Shown: positions 49,603 to 59,834, numbered from the stretch's first letter. The stretch is DNA of 64,000 bases from an uncultured Candidatus Saccharibacteria bacterium (GCA_964386665.1 CAYLQP010000003.1:28731-92730); one strand, 5' to 3'. Notes: generated by a model not told the origin, from the letters alone. Made by a program: numbers and translations.

Positions 49603-50886
49603 ATGAAAATTATCTTCTACCTCCTCTTTGCAGCCATCGTGCTGCTTCTAGGAACGACTCTTAGTCTGCTCATTTGGGCAGGCATGTACGTCTTCCGTAC
49701 CTCAACTTCAATGGGGTTTACATACCTCATAGGAGTAACGATCTCCGCAACATTCCTCATTATCCTCGGATGGTGGTGGTATAAAACGGAGCTGCCAAAA
49801 ATTTGGCGCTCCCTTGCCGAGAAAGAAAAGTTCATCACACTGGCTCCAGAAAAACATTTCGTCCCAATTGAAAGAGCGGGTCGGTTTGTTTGGGGATTCA
49901 AATGTGAAGGAGGACTAATCATTCTCCTAATTCCACGCCCCTCAAGACAAGCAGGAGACCCTTGCTTGATAACTGTAATGCCAGAAAATATCTTTTCCGG
50001 GCTTGACTTAATCTTGTACCACTATTTCGTGGGACAGGGTTACGTCTGGCTAGGTTTTGATGCAAGTTCACAGGGGACAACTCGTGTAGGATCTCTTGCA
50101 ATACCCAAGGCAAGGTTGCAAAAAAGAGAGGGTCTTGATGAAGTTCAGATCAAAGTGGAGCCCATCAAGGCTCTTCGACTCACCTTCCAACGGTACGTCG
50201 TTGTGTCTGAAATCGAAACCACTGACGGACACAAGCTTCGTCTTTTGGCCCTTGCTATAGTAACTGTCACGGACCCCTACCTTGCTTGGTATGGTCTTGG
50301 AGGGAAAGCATACGAAACCCTCGATACGATAGTGGCAACACTAATTCGTACAGAGGGGGAAAAACACTCACTCGTCTCGATGTATCAGTCTGGTGCAAAC
50401 GGACAGGATGAAATCGAAGAGGAGATAAAAGAAGGATCCATAGAGACTGAAAGAAAATTAGGAATGAAGATCACTCTTACCATTGAAGAATGGGAAGATG
50501 ATGCTGGTCCTGGATTTCGAATCTTCATTGGTCGGGTCCAAACCGCTCAACAAGAGACGGCTAACCAGATCGCAGAGATGGAAATGCGAATCCGTATCGC
50601 AGAAAAGAAGGGAGATGAGCTCGCAGCCCAAGCACTCCTTGAAGTGGAACGAGCAAAGCTTGAAATACAGCGAAAGCTCGCAAACGAAGAGGAATACAAG
50701 GCTCTTCTTGCCCTCGCAGGAGGAAAAGAAGATGCTGTCATACACATAGTTCTCAAACAACAGCTTGGAGACGATCTCTACAAGAAGTATGTCGACGCTG
50801 ATGCACTAAAGCACACAAAGGTGCAAGTGCTTGGCACTAACGCAACCCCACTCATTAACCTACCACAACCACCAACTCAACCATGA
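49603..50886 (+). CDS. Membrane protein with SPFH/band-7-like domain and coiled coil
   Basis: Two N-terminal TMs; ETTDGHKLRL..AIVTVTDP pattern; Ala/Glu-rich coil. Confidence 0.6.
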   Translation: MKIIFYLLFAAIVLLLGTTLSLLIWAGMYVFRTSTSMGFTYLIGVTISATFLIILGWWWYKTELPKIWRSLAEKEKFITLAPEKHFVPIERAGRFVWGFKCEGGLIILLIPRPSRQAGDPCLITVMPENIFSGLDLILYHYFVGQGYVWLGFDASSQGTTRVGSLAIPKARLQKREGLDEVQIKVEPIKALRLTFQRYVVVSEIETTDGHKLRLLALAIVTVTDPYLAWYGLGGKAYETLDTIVATLIRTEGEKHSLVSMYQSGANGQDEIEEEIKEGSIETERKLGMKITLTIEEWEDDAGPGFRIFIGRVQTAQQETANQIAEMEMRIRIAEKKGDELAAQALLEVERAKLEIQRKLANEEEYKALLALAGGKEDAVIHIVLKQQLGDDLYKKYVDADALKHTKVQVLGTNATPLINLPQPPTQP

Positions 50887-51704
50887 ATCCAGTCGTAATA
50901 ACCATTCTTGCATTCGCAGTGCCACTTCTGGTGGTACTGTGGTTTGCAATAAAATGGTTCAGAGGCCTTACATACCGCTCTTCCTCTGGAGCTGGTAACA
51001 GGTCCAAATGGACCATCCTGTCCATCGCGACCCTTGTGCTGGCGACGGCCTTTGGCGGATGGATAGGGCTTAGCCTTTCGGGGCTGGCATTGTCCTTTGT
51101 GTGGATGCACTTTATGCCAGGGCAAACCTGGTTCAAGTGGTCGACAGCAGCTTGCGGACTCATACTGCTTATGTCTCTAGTGCTCAACCAAAGCGCCAAG
51201 ACCAAAGCAGCGAAAGAAACGCGGATAGCGGAGGCAAGCCAAGGCTTCCGCAAGTCTGAGCTTATCGCTCGTGCGAAGGCACGAGGCAAGATAGTGAACG
51301 AGGACGCTGCCATCTGGGAAGGCACCTTAGAGACGTTTGATGTGGCAACACATCGATACGTTCCAGGATGGTCTGGGCAAGAGGTGGAAATCCTTGTCTG
51401 GGAAGAAGATGAATTCATCCTGCAGATGGAAATGCAGGATGGAAGCATACTCCACTTGGAGTATGACGAAGCATCCATTGGTCCCCAAAAGGGCGAGTGG
51501 ACGTGGTCATCGAGGATCCGGAGAGAGGAAGGAAGGTTTAGCCTCTCGACCGTATTGTCCGGACCGGCGTCGAGCAAGGGATTTGGTGGGATCATCACAG
51601 GTCTCCCACTCCCTAAAGGTCAAACAGGGGTGTTCCCGCCCCTGGAGTTCCGGTTCATCCCTAACCGGACACTTGCGGATGTAATCCGCAAGTTCGTTGA
51701 GTAG
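50883..51704 (+). CDS. Hypothetical membrane protein
   Basis: Several N-terminal TMs, beta-rich C-terminus; 4-nt overlap with upstream gene. Confidence 0.65.
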   Translation: MNPVVITILAFAVPLLVVLWFAIKWFRGLTYRSSSGAGNRSKWTILSIATLVLATAFGGWIGLSLSGLALSFVWMHFMPGQTWFKWSTAACGLILLMSLVLNQSAKTKAAKETRIAEASQGFRKSELIARAKARGKIVNEDAAIWEGTLETFDVATHRYVPGWSGQEVEILVWEEDEFILQMEMQDGSILHLEYDEASIGPQKGEWTWSSRIRREEGRFSLSTVLSGPASSKGFGGIITGLPLPKGQTGVFPPLEFRFIPNRTLADVIRKFVE

Positions 51705-51714
51705 TGTCCCACGC

Positions 51715-51747
51715 AAGCGGAGGATCCCCTGGATCCTCCGCTTTTTT
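51715..51747 (+). terminator. Intrinsic terminator
   Basis: aagcggaggatcc-cct-ggatcctccgctt+T tract. Confidence 0.85.
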
Positions 51748-51808
51748 AATATTCAAAAAAATGCCTCGTTCGTATTATAAACAATCATATTTAACACCTC
51801 TCCAAACA

Positions 51809-51838
51809 CAAAACACCACGCTCGCGCGTGGTGTTTTG
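51809..51838 (-). terminator. Terminator of pilin array
   Basis: caaaacaccacgc-tcgc-gcgtggtgttttg. Confidence 0.7.
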
Positions 51839-51848
51839 AAAGTTGTTT

Positions 51849-52169
51849 TTATTGACGAGGCAAGATTTTATCCACGTTTTGTATAGTACTTGGATCACTA
51901 CTGATTCCGAATGTATTGAGTACGATTCGAACAATCGTAAATGTCATCATCATAATAGCCATTCCAATAATACCCCACATAATCTGATTGGCTCCTTTTT
52001 GTCTTACCTCTTCATTATCTGCTCCAGAAATATAACCACGAACTCCCCAAAGAAAAACAAACAACGCAACAACGAACATTACGACAATAAGCGGATTTAC
52101 GATAGCTCCATTGAGCTTCAAGATAAATTCGGTTACTGGTGTTGCAGCTGCTGCGATGTTTTGTTCCAT
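51849..52169 (-). CDS. VirB2/TrbC-like pilin paralog 7
   Basis: FLWGVRGYISGADNEEVRQKGANQIMWGIIG. Confidence 0.75.
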   Translation of the reverse strand: MEQNIAAAATPVTEFILKLNGAIVNPLIVVMFVVALFVFLWGVRGYISGADNEEVRQKGANQIMWGIIGMAIMMMTFTIVRIVLNTFGISSDPSTIQNVDKILPRQ

Positions 52170-52179
52170 TCTATGAAGG

Positions 52180-52533
52180 TTAGTTAGGGATGATAACTCG
52201 TGGAAGATCAGGAGAAGTAGTCACATCTCCAGAACCGAAGATTGAACTTCGAAGGATATTTACAAATCCCCATACAGCTGTCATCACAAAGAGTGCAATG
52301 ATACCAAAGATAATCATTCCTCGTGCTGCTGCTCGCGCTTCTTCGTCTCCTCCTGCTGTTACATACTTAAGTACCCCCACCAAGAAAAGAAGAAGTGCTA
52401 TTCCAACAATAAGTGGAATAAGTCTATCAATAATACCTGCAAGCGAACTAATTCCCGCTTCGATATTTGAAAAATCCGCCGCCATTGAAAGACCTGGCAC
52501 AAGCGCTACGACTGCTAACAAAAATTTTTTCAT
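52180..52533 (-). CDS. VirB2/TrbC-like pilin paralog 6 (signal peptide)
   Basis: GVLKYVTAGGDEEARAAARGMIIFGIIALFVMTAVWG. Confidence 0.8.
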   Translation of the reverse strand: MKKFLLAVVALVPGLSMAADFSNIEAGISSLAGIIDRLIPLIVGIALLLFLVGVLKYVTAGGDEEARAAARGMIIFGIIALFVMTAVWGFVNILRSSIFGSGDVTTSPDLPRVIIPN

Positions 52534-52657
52534 TTTTAATTTGATTAATCTAATAATTTTGATTTATTCTGTTTAAGAACAGAAATCACTAATACATATA
52601 TTGTAGCAACAAAAAAACGAAATTGCTATGCACCAAATACAAAACTGTGGATTACAG

Positions 52658-53050
52658 TTATTGACAAGTAGCCTTGAAACTACCTCCCTGTGCTGCAAAC
52701 TGTGGTACTCCAAATGAATCGCCGAGACCAAAACTTGCAACAAAAATTTTGAGTATTCCCCAAATAGACACCATAAAGAAAAATCCAACGATTCCATAAA
52801 TCATCATTTTGTTTCCGGCTGACCGTTTTTCTTCATTATCTCCGTGACTAACATATTTGATAAGTCCCGTCAAAAACGCTCCAACTGCAATCACAACAAC
52901 AAAAGGAATAAAATCAAGAACAATTTTAACAAAAATACAAATAATCTCCTTAAAACTTGTTGGCGCAGCTGGCTTCCCTGTACTTTGAGCAAAAAGTAAA
53001 ACAGGAAGTGTTAGAAGTGTAATAATGAATGAAAAGAATATATGTTTCAT
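52658..53050 (-). CDS. VirB2/TrbC-like pilin paralog 5
   Basis: GLIKYVSHGDNEEKRSAGNKMMIYGIVGFFFMVSIWG. Confidence 0.8.
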   Translation of the reverse strand: MKHIFFSFIITLLTLPVLLFAQSTGKPAAPTSFKEIICIFVKIVLDFIPFVVVIAVGAFLTGLIKYVSHGDNEEKRSAGNKMMIYGIVGFFFMVSIWGILKIFVASFGLGDSFGVPQFAAQGGSFKATCQ

Positions 53051-53051
53051 A

Positions 53052-53429
53052 TTATTTAAGTGGGAGATAGTTAGGGATAGCAGTATCAGTTGAAAAGAAA
53101 GTTCGAACCACCAGATTAGTAATCCCCCAGAAAGCAACCATCACAAACAATACAACGAGTCCATAGATCATCACGTGACGACCATTTTGCCTTGCTTCTT
53201 CGTCATCTCCCGATTTTATAAACTTAATAACACCAGCAAGAAATGTTAAAAGAGCCACTGCAATAAGGGCAGGAATAAACCCTTTCATATTCCCCCATGC
53301 GAAGGTAAAAAACACATCACTGATAGTTTCTGGTGTTGTGGGAGGAGTATAGTTTGGACCCACTGCACATGTAAGCAGAGGTGTTAAGAAAAATGTAAAT
53401 ACTAGTATGTGACTAAAATATTTTTGCAT
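53052..53429 (-). CDS. VirB2/TrbC-like pilin paralog 4
   Basis: GVIKFIKSGDDEEARQNGRHVMIYGLVVLFVMVAFWG. Confidence 0.8.
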   Translation of the reverse strand: MQKYFSHILVFTFFLTPLLTCAVGPNYTPPTTPETISDVFFTFAWGNMKGFIPALIAVALLTFLAGVIKFIKSGDDEEARQNGRHVMIYGLVVLFVMVAFWGITNLVVRTFFSTDTAIPNYLPLK

Positions 53430-53430
53430 A

Positions 53431-53844
53431 TTATTTGAATGGTGTTGTTGATTGTGGTGGAAGTGCTGGCATTTCAAATGAAGAGGCTGGGAAAATAGTT
53501 GAGTACAAAATCTTTACCAGTCCCCACACCGACGTCATTACAAAAAGTGCAATAATTCCAAAAAGCATAAGTCCTCTTCCTGCTTCTCTCGCTTCTTCGT
53601 TATCCCCACTTTTGACATATTTGAGAACCCCTACAATAAACATCACAAGAGCAAGCGCAAACAAGAAAGGAATAACGTATTTAGAAATAAGACAGATAGA
53701 AAACGTAAATAGTTGTCCAATGTCATTTGGTTGTCTACACGCAGATGCTGCAGGGGCAGATGTCGGATTCTGTGCTGATACAAACAAAGGAAGAATGACT
53801 AATGTGGCTGTAAAGAAAATAGATAACAATGTTTTTTTGTGCAT
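53431..53844 (-). CDS. VirB2/TrbC-like pilin paralog 3
   Basis: GVLKYVKSGDNEEAREAGRGLMLFGIIALFVMTSVWG. Confidence 0.8.
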   Translation of the reverse strand: MHKKTLLSIFFTATLVILPLFVSAQNPTSAPAASACRQPNDIGQLFTFSICLISKYVIPFLFALALVMFIVGVLKYVKSGDNEEAREAGRGLMLFGIIALFVMTSVWGLVKILYSTIFPASSFEMPALPPQSTTPFK

Positions 53845-53849
53845 ATAGA

Positions 53850-54218
53850 TTATGTTAATTGATTAACTGTTCCTTCGATAATTTTGAAGATAACCTTTGC
53901 TCCAAGAAGGACTGCGGTTCCTACCATCGCCCAGGTAATAGTTTTGCGTCCATTTGAAACCTTCTCTTCATCTCCTGCTGCAGTCACCAAAAGAAATCCT
54001 CCGTACATTATACCCAACACCGAGACAATAACTCCGAGTTGAATAAGTCCATCAACAATAGATGCAAAGAACCCTGAAAGACTAGTGGCTTCAATTGGAT
54101 TTTGGATTGTATTTGAATTTTTGCCCCCAGATGCTTCCGCTAATACAAACAAAGGAAAAACCCACAAGGTCAAAATTATAAATGATTTATTTTTAAAAAA
54201 TGTGAGTGTTTTTTTCAT
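53850..54218 (-). CDS. VirB2/TrbC-like pilin paralog 2
   Basis: IQNPI, YGGFLLVTAAGDEEKVSNGRKTITWAMVG. Confidence 0.8.
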   Translation of the reverse strand: MKKTLTFFKNKSFIILTLWVFPLFVLAEASGGKNSNTIQNPIEATSLSGFFASIVDGLIQLGVIVSVLGIMYGGFLLVTAAGDEEKVSNGRKTITWAMVGTAVLLGAKVIFKIIEGTVNQLT

Positions 54219-54228
54219 ACGTATTTCA

Positions 54229-54972
54229 TTAACCCAATAAACTAAATCCTTCTTTTGCCCCAAGAACCGTAAGTAATGTTTTTACAAGAAGCCATCCCAT
54301 AAGCACAAACAAGATTCCCATAAACGTTTTACTAAAAATGCCGTGGGCTTGCTCTATTTTACCACCATTTCCAAAAGCTGTCATATAAAGAAAACCTGCA
54401 TACGCAAACGCAATGGCTGACAATGATGCAGCAATATAAACCAAAAATTCAATAATACGGTTTATTAAAATAATAATATCTCTCCAACCACATCCTCCAG
54501 CATCTTTCCCAAACGTTGGATTATCTACGCAGTTTGGGGGTACTATCTGGAAATTTTCGTTCACAGGATCTCCTGTATTTTTGATATCAAGCTCTATTCG
54601 ATCTTCTTGAGAGAGACCTGGTACAAATGAAGGATCAGTTAATTCTTCATCCGCATAACTACTAAATTCATTTATAAAATCTTCTCTAAATCCTGCGTTA
54701 CTTTCATACAAACCATCAAGTTCGTCTGGATCATATTGACTATAATCATCGTGTGAATTAATAAAATCAATTAATAATTCACGAATAAGCGCTCCTTGCG
54801 GATCAGTTGGCTCATCTCCAAATGAATAATTTTCAAAATACCAAAGAACAGTTTCTTGAGGAAGTGTAGAGATTTGTTGTGCCTTTATATGAGACGAAAC
54901 TACTCCTCCTCCAACAAAAAAGAGGGTTGCAAAAAAAATGGAATATATCTTTTTATTTATTGTATTCATCAA
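54229..54972 (-). CDS. VirB2/TrbC-like pilin paralog 1 with acidic N-terminal extension
   Basis: YAGFLYMTAFGNGGKIEQAHGIF; Cys pair before pilin core. Confidence 0.75.
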   Translation of the reverse strand: MMNTINKKIYSIFFATLFFVGGGVVSSHIKAQQISTLPQETVLWYFENYSFGDEPTDPQGALIRELLIDFINSHDDYSQYDPDELDGLYESNAGFREDFINEFSSYADEELTDPSFVPGLSQEDRIELDIKNTGDPVNENFQIVPPNCVDNPTFGKDAGGCGWRDIIILINRIIEFLVYIAASLSAIAFAYAGFLYMTAFGNGGKIEQAHGIFSKTFMGILFVLMGWLLVKTLLTVLGAKEGFSLLG

Positions 54973-56266
54973 GTATTTCTTTTAATTCTTTTTGGAATTG
55001 GACAACTGCACCCAACACTAATTCTTTTCCACTTGTTACTGATTCTATCATACTCTTAAATAAATTTGCGGTAGTAGCATAATCAGGATCAAGCCAAGAC
55101 TTTGACCATAATGCTGATTTCCAGACCACATCAAGTACCCCACTTCCAGGTGGGTTAGCAAGCATATCACGACGGACTGGTGCCATTTTGTTTACATCAG
55201 AGAACTTTTCTTGAAAAGTAGTGTTTGTAAGAACAAAAGCGGTATTAAGCATTGCAGCTTTGTTTGGTGATGCATCAACAATTGCGATTCCATACACATT
55301 ACCAAAAGTAACTTTCTTAGCTGCTCCGGTTGCTTGTGGGAGAAATGCAATATCAAGGTTAAGGTTTGGATTTTTTGACCGGAGTGTCGCAGCTTCTGAT
55401 CCAAAACCAATATACATCGCACTATCTGATCCCAAAAACATAGTAAGCGCATCTGGCAAAGCTCTTGACCAACTAAACAAAGGAGAGGCCGGATCAGCAA
55501 ACTCCGTGAAGTATGTAAGCACTGTTTGAAGTGGACTTACTTCAAGTCCAGTAAGAGTTTCGAGAACATCTTCTTGAAATTTATTTTCTTTTTGAAGGAC
55601 TATTTTGCCTCCTGATTGAAGTGTCATAGCACCAATAATTTCTTTTGCACGTGGAATGTTTTGATATTCCCCAAGTGCAATAGCATTTTTTGCGATACTC
55701 TTATCTTCTTTTTTTTCAGTAAATATAGGCACAAGCTTTGTGAGCTCTTCCCAAGTTTCTGGAGTCTTTGTAATCAGTTTTGAATTAAACATATCTCTGT
55801 TCCAATACAACACCAACGGATCAATCAAAAACGGTATTGCATAAGTACCTGACGGTGCAAAAAATATTTCACCAGCTTCACTATACGTATCTTTGAGTGT
55901 TCGCTCTGAAACAGCAGTCCAAGAAATAAGTGTGAGGCGCTTTTGAAGTTTCATCAACAATCTATCAGGAATAATAAGGCCGTCAGGAATACCTGATTTA
56001 TCGAGAAGTGCAGTAACCAAATCTTGTTCAAGTTCTTCTTCGCTTTGCTTCTCAACGTATTCAAGATTGGTTGTTCCTGGAGCTCCAATGTTCGCTTCTT
56101 CTACTATTGGAGTGAATTTATTTTTTTCGATAAGTCCCCAAATAACAACACGAGGGTTTTCTACAGCACCTTTTTTAGTACTTGAAACAGAAAACAAAAT
56201 CACCCCGACAACAGCAAAAAAAATAAATACTCCAGTGACTATGATTTGTATGTTTTCTGATTTCAT
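54953..56266 (-). CDS. Membrane-anchored extracellular solute-binding protein (sugar-binding family 1-like)
   Basis: IPFLIDPLVLYWNRDMF, PETWEEL, NLNLDIAFLPQ. Confidence 0.8.
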   Translation of the reverse strand: MKSENIQIIVTGVFIFFAVVGVILFSVSSTKKGAVENPRVVIWGLIEKNKFTPIVEEANIGAPGTTNLEYVEKQSEEELEQDLVTALLDKSGIPDGLIIPDRLLMKLQKRLTLISWTAVSERTLKDTYSEAGEIFFAPSGTYAIPFLIDPLVLYWNRDMFNSKLITKTPETWEELTKLVPIFTEKKEDKSIAKNAIALGEYQNIPRAKEIIGAMTLQSGGKIVLQKENKFQEDVLETLTGLEVSPLQTVLTYFTEFADPASPLFSWSRALPDALTMFLGSDSAMYIGFGSEAATLRSKNPNLNLDIAFLPQATGAAKKVTFGNVYGIAIVDASPNKAAMLNTAFVLTNTTFQEKFSDVNKMAPVRRDMLANPPGSGVLDVVWKSALWSKSWLDPDYATTANLFKSMIESVTSGKELVLGAVVQFQKELKEILDEYNK

Positions 56267-56325
56267 TATTTTTGAAATAGGTTCTTTCTATTTTATACGA
56301 GAGTATCCAAAATAGAAAGCGAGTT

Positions 56326-56853
56326 TTACACTTTTTTAAATATGAGCGCATAATGATATCGATGTGCATCAATCTCTTTTTGCAACTCAAATGATTCTGC
56401 TTCAAATAATTTGATTGCATCAGATTGAAATACAATATGTTCTGACTTTGGACCAATACCTCCAAACGAATCAAGCCACTCAACAAATAGCACTCTTCCT
56501 CCTTTTTTTAACAAACGAAAAGCTTCCTTGATAGTTTGTTGCTTCTGTTCAATGGTAAAAAACACATTTGCCATCACCACAAGATCAAGTGATCCGTCTC
56601 GAAGAGGAGTTCCATTGTATGTTTCGATATTACCTGACAAAATCTCGACAGTATGTAACGCTTGTGCGGTAATATCATTAAATATCTTTTTTAATAAGTC
56701 TTTATTACTTCCAATACAAAATAACTTACCATCATCACGAAGGGTTCGAGCTATCTCAAGAGGAAAAAAAGATTCATATGCCTCAAAAACTCCGATATAC
56801 ATTCCAGGTGAAATGTGTGTGTGAGCTATAATTTGTTTTGGATTTAAGAACAT
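56326..56853 (-). CDS. Class I SAM-dependent methyltransferase-like protein (motif I degenerate)
   Basis: SLDLVVMANVF, FRLLKKGGRVLFVEW; GxG motif replaced by FEAYES. Confidence 0.75.
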   Translation of the reverse strand: MFLNPKQIIAHTHISPGMYIGVFEAYESFFPLEIARTLRDDGKLFCIGSNKDLLKKIFNDITAQALHTVEILSGNIETYNGTPLRDGSLDLVVMANVFFTIEQKQQTIKEAFRLLKKGGRVLFVEWLDSFGGIGPKSEHIVFQSDAIKLFEAESFELQKEIDAHRYHYALIFKKV

Positions 56854-56890
56854 AAAATATGTACCTTCAATTATATAATGAAAAGAGAAT

Positions 56891-56953
56891 AAATAAAAAT
56901 GCCGTGTTTTTTGTTTGACCAATAGTCAAACAAAAAACACGGCATTTTTATTT
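56891..56953. repeat. 29-bp perfect inverted repeat after gyrA (terminator-like)
   Basis: aaataaaaatgccgtgttttttgtttgac-caata-reverse complement. Confidence 0.85.
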
Positions 56954-56985
56954 TAAAATTTTAAAACAGAATCAAAACCTACTTT

Positions 56986-59463
56986 TTATAAACAAATCAG
57001 TGAAGCAAGTGAATCTCCTTCCCGAAGTTTCATAATCCGCACTCCCTGTGTATCTCTTCCAAGTGAAGGAATCTCTGTGAGACCACATCGTATTACCTGA
57101 CTTTTCTTTGAGATAGCAATTACCTCTTCAATTTCTGGGTATACAATTTTTGCAGCAATAAGGTTACCTGTTTTTGTAGTAGTCTTAACACATTTCACTC
57201 CTGAACCTCCTCGTCCTTGAATCTTGTATTCAGATACTGATGTTTTTTTACCATATCCATTTGAAGACATCACAAACACCTCTGCGTCTTTTATTCCTTT
57301 TTTGATACAATCAGCTCCGACAACACTTCCCCCTTTACTTAGTTTCATTACTCGTACACCTCCTGCGTTTCTTCCCATCTCTCTTACTTCTCCTGCTTCA
57401 AATCGGATTGATTGACCATCACTTGAAACAAGCATCACCGTATCGTCTTTTGTCACAAAAGATGCTGAAACAAGCTCATCACCTTTATCAAGTCCAATCG
57501 CGATAATTCCACTGCGGCGCACATCATGGAAACTTTCTGCTGCAACTCGTTTACCTGTTCCTTGTTTTGTCACCAAGAAGAGTGAAAGATCACTTCCCTT
57601 CTTTACATCTTTTGGCATCGGTAGAATTGAAGTAATTTTTTCGTCATTTTGAATTGCAAGGAAATTCATAATCGACTTTCCTCTAGTTGCTCGTTTTCCT
57701 TCTGGAATTTCATACATCTTAATTTGATATACCTTACCTTTGTCAGTAAAGAAAAGTAATTCTGAATGATTTGTAGTAGTAATCAAGTGAGTAATGAAAT
57801 CCTCTTCTTTTGTATCAATATCAATCACACCAACTCCACCACGTTTTTGTTTTTTGAATTCATCGGGATGAGTTCGTTTGATGTAGCCTCCTGATGTGTA
57901 CACAAGTACGCTTTCTTCATCGGGAATCACATCTTCAATTGAAAACGATTTCGCCTCGTGTGCAAACACCTTTGTACGTCTTTCGTCAGCAAATTTTTCT
58001 CGAATAGCAACCAGCTCGTCTTTGATGATTTTTGGAATTCGTTTTGGGTTTTCGAGGATATCTCTAAGGTCCTTAATAAGCTCTCGAATAGCATCGAGTT
58101 CGTCTTCGATTTTCTTTCGTTCAAGACCCGCGAGTTTTTGGAGTCGCATTTCAAGAATTGCGTTTGCCTGTCGTTCTGAAAACTTAAACTCTTTTATAAG
58201 TCCTGCTCTTGCTTCATCTACTGTTTTTGATTTTTTGATAAGTTTAATAATCTCATCAATATGATCTAACGCTTTTTTAAGTCCAGCAAGAATATGTTCT
58301 CGATCAAGTGCTTTTGCAAGATCAAATTCTGTTCTTCTTTTGATAACATCTTTTCTGTGTTTTACAAACTCTTCAAGGAAACTTTTGAGTCCAAGTGTTT
58401 GAGGAACCCCATCTACAAGGGCTACAAGGTTAAAGTGAAATGGTTCTTCAAGTCTAGTATGTTTATACAAAAAGTTAAGTACATTTTGAGCGTAGGCACC
58501 TTTTTTAAGTTCAATAACAATACGAATATCTTTTGTTGATTCATCTCGCAAGTCTTTGATACCTTCAAGTTTCTTGTCTCGAACAAGATCTGCAATCGAC
58601 ATAATGAGTTCCGCCTTGTTTACTCGAAACGGAATAGAGCTCACAATAATAGTTGAATACCCTGCTTTATCTTCAACAATCTCTGCCTCTCCTCGCACTA
58701 CTACTCCACCTCGTCCTGTTGTATAAGCTTGAACTAAATCTTTTTTACCAAAAATAATTCCACCTGTTGGAAAGTCTGGTGCCTTAATAAACTGAAGAAG
58801 GTCCTCTGTTGTTGCGTCTTTGTTATCTACCAAATGCACAGTCGCATCAATAAGCTCTCCAAGGTTATGAGGAGGAATGTTTGTTGCCATTCCAACTGCA
58901 ATTCCAAGCGTTCCATTCAAAAGCAAGTTAGGAAGAGCCGCTGGAAGTACCTTTGGTTCTTTTCGTGTGTTTTCATAGTTTGGTTGCCAATCAACAGAAT
59001 CTTTTTCAATATCTCGAAGCATCTCAAGAGACACTTTAGACATTTTTGCTTCTGTATATCTGTCTGCCGCTGGAGGGTCACCATCGATTGATCCGAAGTT
59101 TCCTTGACCGATTGCAAGTGGATATCGCATCGTGAAATCTTGGGCAAGCTTCACAAGTGCTTCATATGCCGCGACAGTTCCGTGTGGGTGATAGTTACCT
59201 GTTACGTCTCCAATGATCTTTGCACTTTTTCGAGTCTTCCCCCCAGGATTTAGTCCAAGTTCATACATAGTGTACAAGATTCTTCGGTGTACTGGCTTAA
59301 GCCCATCACGAATATCAGGAAGTGCACGATCAGTAATCACTGACATTGCATAGTCAATGTAACTTTCACGCATTTCGGAAACAAGACTTCGTGGCACAAC
59401 ATTGATATGTGCTGGTTTTTCTTCCGGAACTGGAGATTCTTGTTTTTTAGGGTTTTTTGCCAT
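56986..59463 (-). CDS. gyrA: DNA gyrase subunit A
   Basis: [19 protein letters not shown], GyrA-box QKRGGVG, beta-pinwheel repeats. Confidence 0.97.
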   Translation of the reverse strand: MAKNPKKQESPVPEEKPAHINVVPRSLVSEMRESYIDYAMSVITDRALPDIRDGLKPVHRRILYTMYELGLNPGGKTRKSAKIIGDVTGNYHPHGTVAAYEALVKLAQDFTMRYPLAIGQGNFGSIDGDPPAADRYTEAKMSKVSLEMLRDIEKDSVDWQPNYENTRKEPKVLPAALPNLLLNGTLGIAVGMATNIPPHNLGELIDATVHLVDNKDATTEDLLQFIKAPDFPTGGIIFGKKDLVQAYTTGRGGVVVRGEAEIVEDKAGYSTIIVSSIPFRVNKAELIMSIADLVRDKKLEGIKDLRDESTKDIRIVIELKKGAYAQNVLNFLYKHTRLEEPFHFNLVALVDGVPQTLGLKSFLEEFVKHRKDVIKRRTEFDLAKALDREHILAGLKKALDHIDEIIKLIKKSKTVDEARAGLIKEFKFSERQANAILEMRLQKLAGLERKKIEDELDAIRELIKDLRDILENPKRIPKIIKDELVAIREKFADERRTKVFAHEAKSFSIEDVIPDEESVLVYTSGGYIKRTHPDEFKKQKRGGVGVIDIDTKEEDFITHLITTTNHSELLFFTDKGKVYQIKMYEIPEGKRATRGKSIMNFLAIQNDEKITSILPMPKDVKKGSDLSLFLVTKQGTGKRVAAESFHDVRRSGIIAIGLDKGDELVSASFVTKDDTVMLVSSDGQSIRFEAGEVREMGRNAGGVRVMKLSKGGSVVGADCIKKGIKDAEVFVMSSNGYGKKTSVSEYKIQGRGGSGVKCVKTTTKTGNLIAAKIVYPEIEEVIAISKKSQVIRCGLTEIPSLGRDTQGVRIMKLREGDSLASLICL

Positions 59464-59489
59464 TGTATGATTAATTAATTTCTAAATAT

Positions 59490-59834
59490 TTAGTTATGTG
59501 ATGATGTGTGTACTGTATCTGTTGTCGAAGCAGGAACTATTGTATCAGATTTCTTTTCTTCTTTTAAGATGTCGGTATTTGTAATAATGGCAGAAGTAAA
59601 ATCTTTGACTTCACCAACAATATGTTTAAACCCAACAAACGCCCCTGACATCTGTTCACCAAACTGACTAAAAAAAGCACTTCCTTTCTCTTTTGTTTCA
59701 GTTGCAACTGCTTTTGTCTCAAAAAAGTTTTGTTGTACCCATACTACCAAAAGTCCCATCGAAAAAAATCCAGCAAAGAATATAGCAACACTCTTTTTGA
59801 AACTATCATCTTTTTCTCGTAACTTTGAAAACAT
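59490..59834 (-). CDS. Hypothetical single-TM protein
   Basis: 114 aa ORF in operon context. Confidence 0.6.
   Translation of the reverse strand: MFSKLREKDDSFKKSVAIFFAGFFSMGLLVVWVQQNFFETKAVATETKEKGSAFFSQFGEQMSGAFVGFKHIVGEVKDFTSAIITNTDILKEEKKSDTIVPASTTDTVHTSSHN

Noticed and set aside
50855-51598. 247-aa antisense ORF
   Set aside because: Shadow of 50883..51704, which has the promoter, overlap and terminator support.
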